Source: Chrysomallon squamiferum
Taxonomy: Eukaryota > Animalia > Mollusca
Direction of reading: 5' to 3'
Length of the DNA stretch: 64,000 nt
NCBI GenBank assembly: GCA_012295275.1
Contig: CM022669.1
Coordinates: 4,092,001 to 4,156,000, forward strand
A program made the translations under genes and the position numbers. Under the pieces are notes generated by a model. It made no database searches and was not told the origin of the DNA. It saw only the letters and a list, made by a program, of their open reading frames with translations. Below are positions 62,156-64,000 of the stretch, piece by piece; within the stretch, counting starts at the first letter, position 1, and each line of letters opens with the position of its first letter.

Positions 62156-62988
62156 ATATATATGTATGTACGTTTTTTTTTTTTATCTATTATTTTTAAA
62201 TTTATTTATTAATTTTAGTTTTATTTTATATATATATATATATATTCTTGTTTTGTTGTTTTAGTGTGTTTGGGGTTTTGTTTATTTATCTTTTCACATA
62301 ATCTGATCCTCGCCTAAAACTGAAAAACCAAGGGCTTGCATACTTCGACATTTAAATACATTTCATGCACAATCAAGCCATTGAATGTAAATAATCATTA
62401 AAAACTGTCACTTCACATGTGTGATGTGCAGAAAGTGCAGTTCACTGTTCGCTTCAGTATAAACAGGAAATGGATCTAAACAGAGCAGGAAGAGATTGAA
62501 ATTCAGACTACACACACATACTATATTTCATTAAATTAGACAGTAACATCTTTCTAATACTATTATTATTTGTTTTTTAATATTTCAGAAATGAAACACT
62601 GTTACTTCAGTTGACAAGGGGGTCATGTGGTGTGTTACTGGACACCCTTAACTTGGTTTCAGTTGACTTTCAAATACAATATATTTATACCATACTGCAG
62701 AGCTGAATAAATGAAGTAATTGTAAAGTAAAGATTGCTAAAGATTATCAGATTGATTTGTAAGTGACGATCTTCATGCATGAAGTATTTCAGTCACGTAA
62801 TATTGTCTGGTAAAGCAGTGTATTTGTTAATACTATACGTATACAAAATATTATTTGTTAGCCCTTGCTTTTCAGTTGTATCATAGTTTGATGAAATTAC
62901 TTAACAACACAAAAAATGCTAAAACAAATTGTTAGTTTTGAGTTAAAAACTGGAATGCTTTCATTATTATATATTTTATTTTATATTA

Positions 62989-63019
<31 letters not shown>

Positions 63020-63717
63020 CACAATACATTTTATGTTCTATTTTGAGTCCATATCATGAATGATCTAAGACTTTATATAAATATTACTGGATATTGCAAA
63101 ATGTCTGTATATCCCTGGTCAGTGATACTGTATTTTAACATTTTCCTTTCCTCTCAAATATGTGTTGTAAATGATTTGATTATTGTCATTTGCCCTAAGA
63201 TTATTCTTTTAAAATAATCAAATTGATTCTTTCACATCGTCCTCACACAAGAGTTGTTTTCAGTAATTTGGATTTTTCAACAGACAAAGTTTATTTTTTC
63301 TGCAACAGTCATAATAAGGATTTTTCAACCAAAAGTTTTTTTTTTCTGCAACTCATAGAACTTTTATCATGATTTGTGTGATAAATACATCATCACCAGT
63401 GCAGTTTTCTAAAAGAAAATCACAGATTTGTAAGTGTTGGTAATTGTTTGAATATTTTATCACAGTCATTAATTCACTTCTGGTTTATCAAAGGTTTTGC
63501 TATATGATTTTCTACCCAGGGGAAGGCATATATTAAAGAACATTTGCTGCTAAGTGGTTTAAAGTAACTCACACAGAGACTGTTGTGAATTTCTGTTTTC
63601 AAACCATTATGCAAAGGAACAGTTATTAATAATAAAATTCTGTTATCATTATCATTTCTTTAAGCATTAAGATTTATTCATTATCATTAAAGATTTATTA
63701 ATTTTGCTGCATTTCAG

Positions 63718-63850
63718 AATGCAAGACTTGGAAACTACACTCAGCCTGTAGATGCTGTTAACTTTGTCTGGGGCAAAAAAGACGACCGTTCTCCAACAAG
63801 TGAAGATGAGGAATACAGTGAACCTTATGTCTTCTCATCACTAGTATCTG
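63718..63850 (+). CDS. Downstream exon of the second gene (NARLGNYTQPVDAVNFVWGKKDDRSPTSEDEEYSEPYVFSSLVS); the gene continues beyond the window
   Basis: tttcag| acceptor, open in phase 0 (matches the 55990 donor), G|gtaaat donor; two YxxP motifs. Confidence 0.65.
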
Positions 63851-64000
63851 GTAAATATACATCCTATATCACTGGTCCATGCAAAATATATCTAATATGT
63901 AACAAGTCTCAGGTTAACATATACATCATTAGTTTCTGCTAAATATATGTAATGTCTTATTGTTATTATTTTTGTTTTTGTAAAGCAACTTTGTTGGTCC

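Overview
This is AT-rich, microsatellite-dense eukaryotic genomic DNA from an invertebrate. It looks mollusc/cephalopod-like, but that is inference only. Most supplied ORFs are simple-repeat artefacts. The main feature is a complete + strand nicotinic acetylcholine receptor alpha subunit gene of the alpha7/insect Dalpha5-7 type (CDS 34205-47723, 479 aa per isoform). It has two pairs of tandem, apparently mutually exclusive exons: 3a/3b (45 nt, loop 2 plus ligand-binding loop D) and 8a/8b (87 nt, pore-lining M2), giving up to four isoforms. The introns contain what looks like a splicing-control system: (i) a ~25-bp long-range duplex between the intron just after exon 3a and intron 7, 5.3 kb away; (ii) three collinear helices that clamp exon 8b in a loop; (iii) clusters of GCATG (Rbfox-type) motifs after both 'a' exons. 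A second + strand gene starts near 55757 (MGxxxS N-terminus, YxxP motifs, adaptor-like) and runs off the window in CpG-poor DNA. The first ~22 kb is non-coding and holds a 34-bp minisatellite and a MITE-like inverted repeat. Exon numbering follows vertebrate alpha7.
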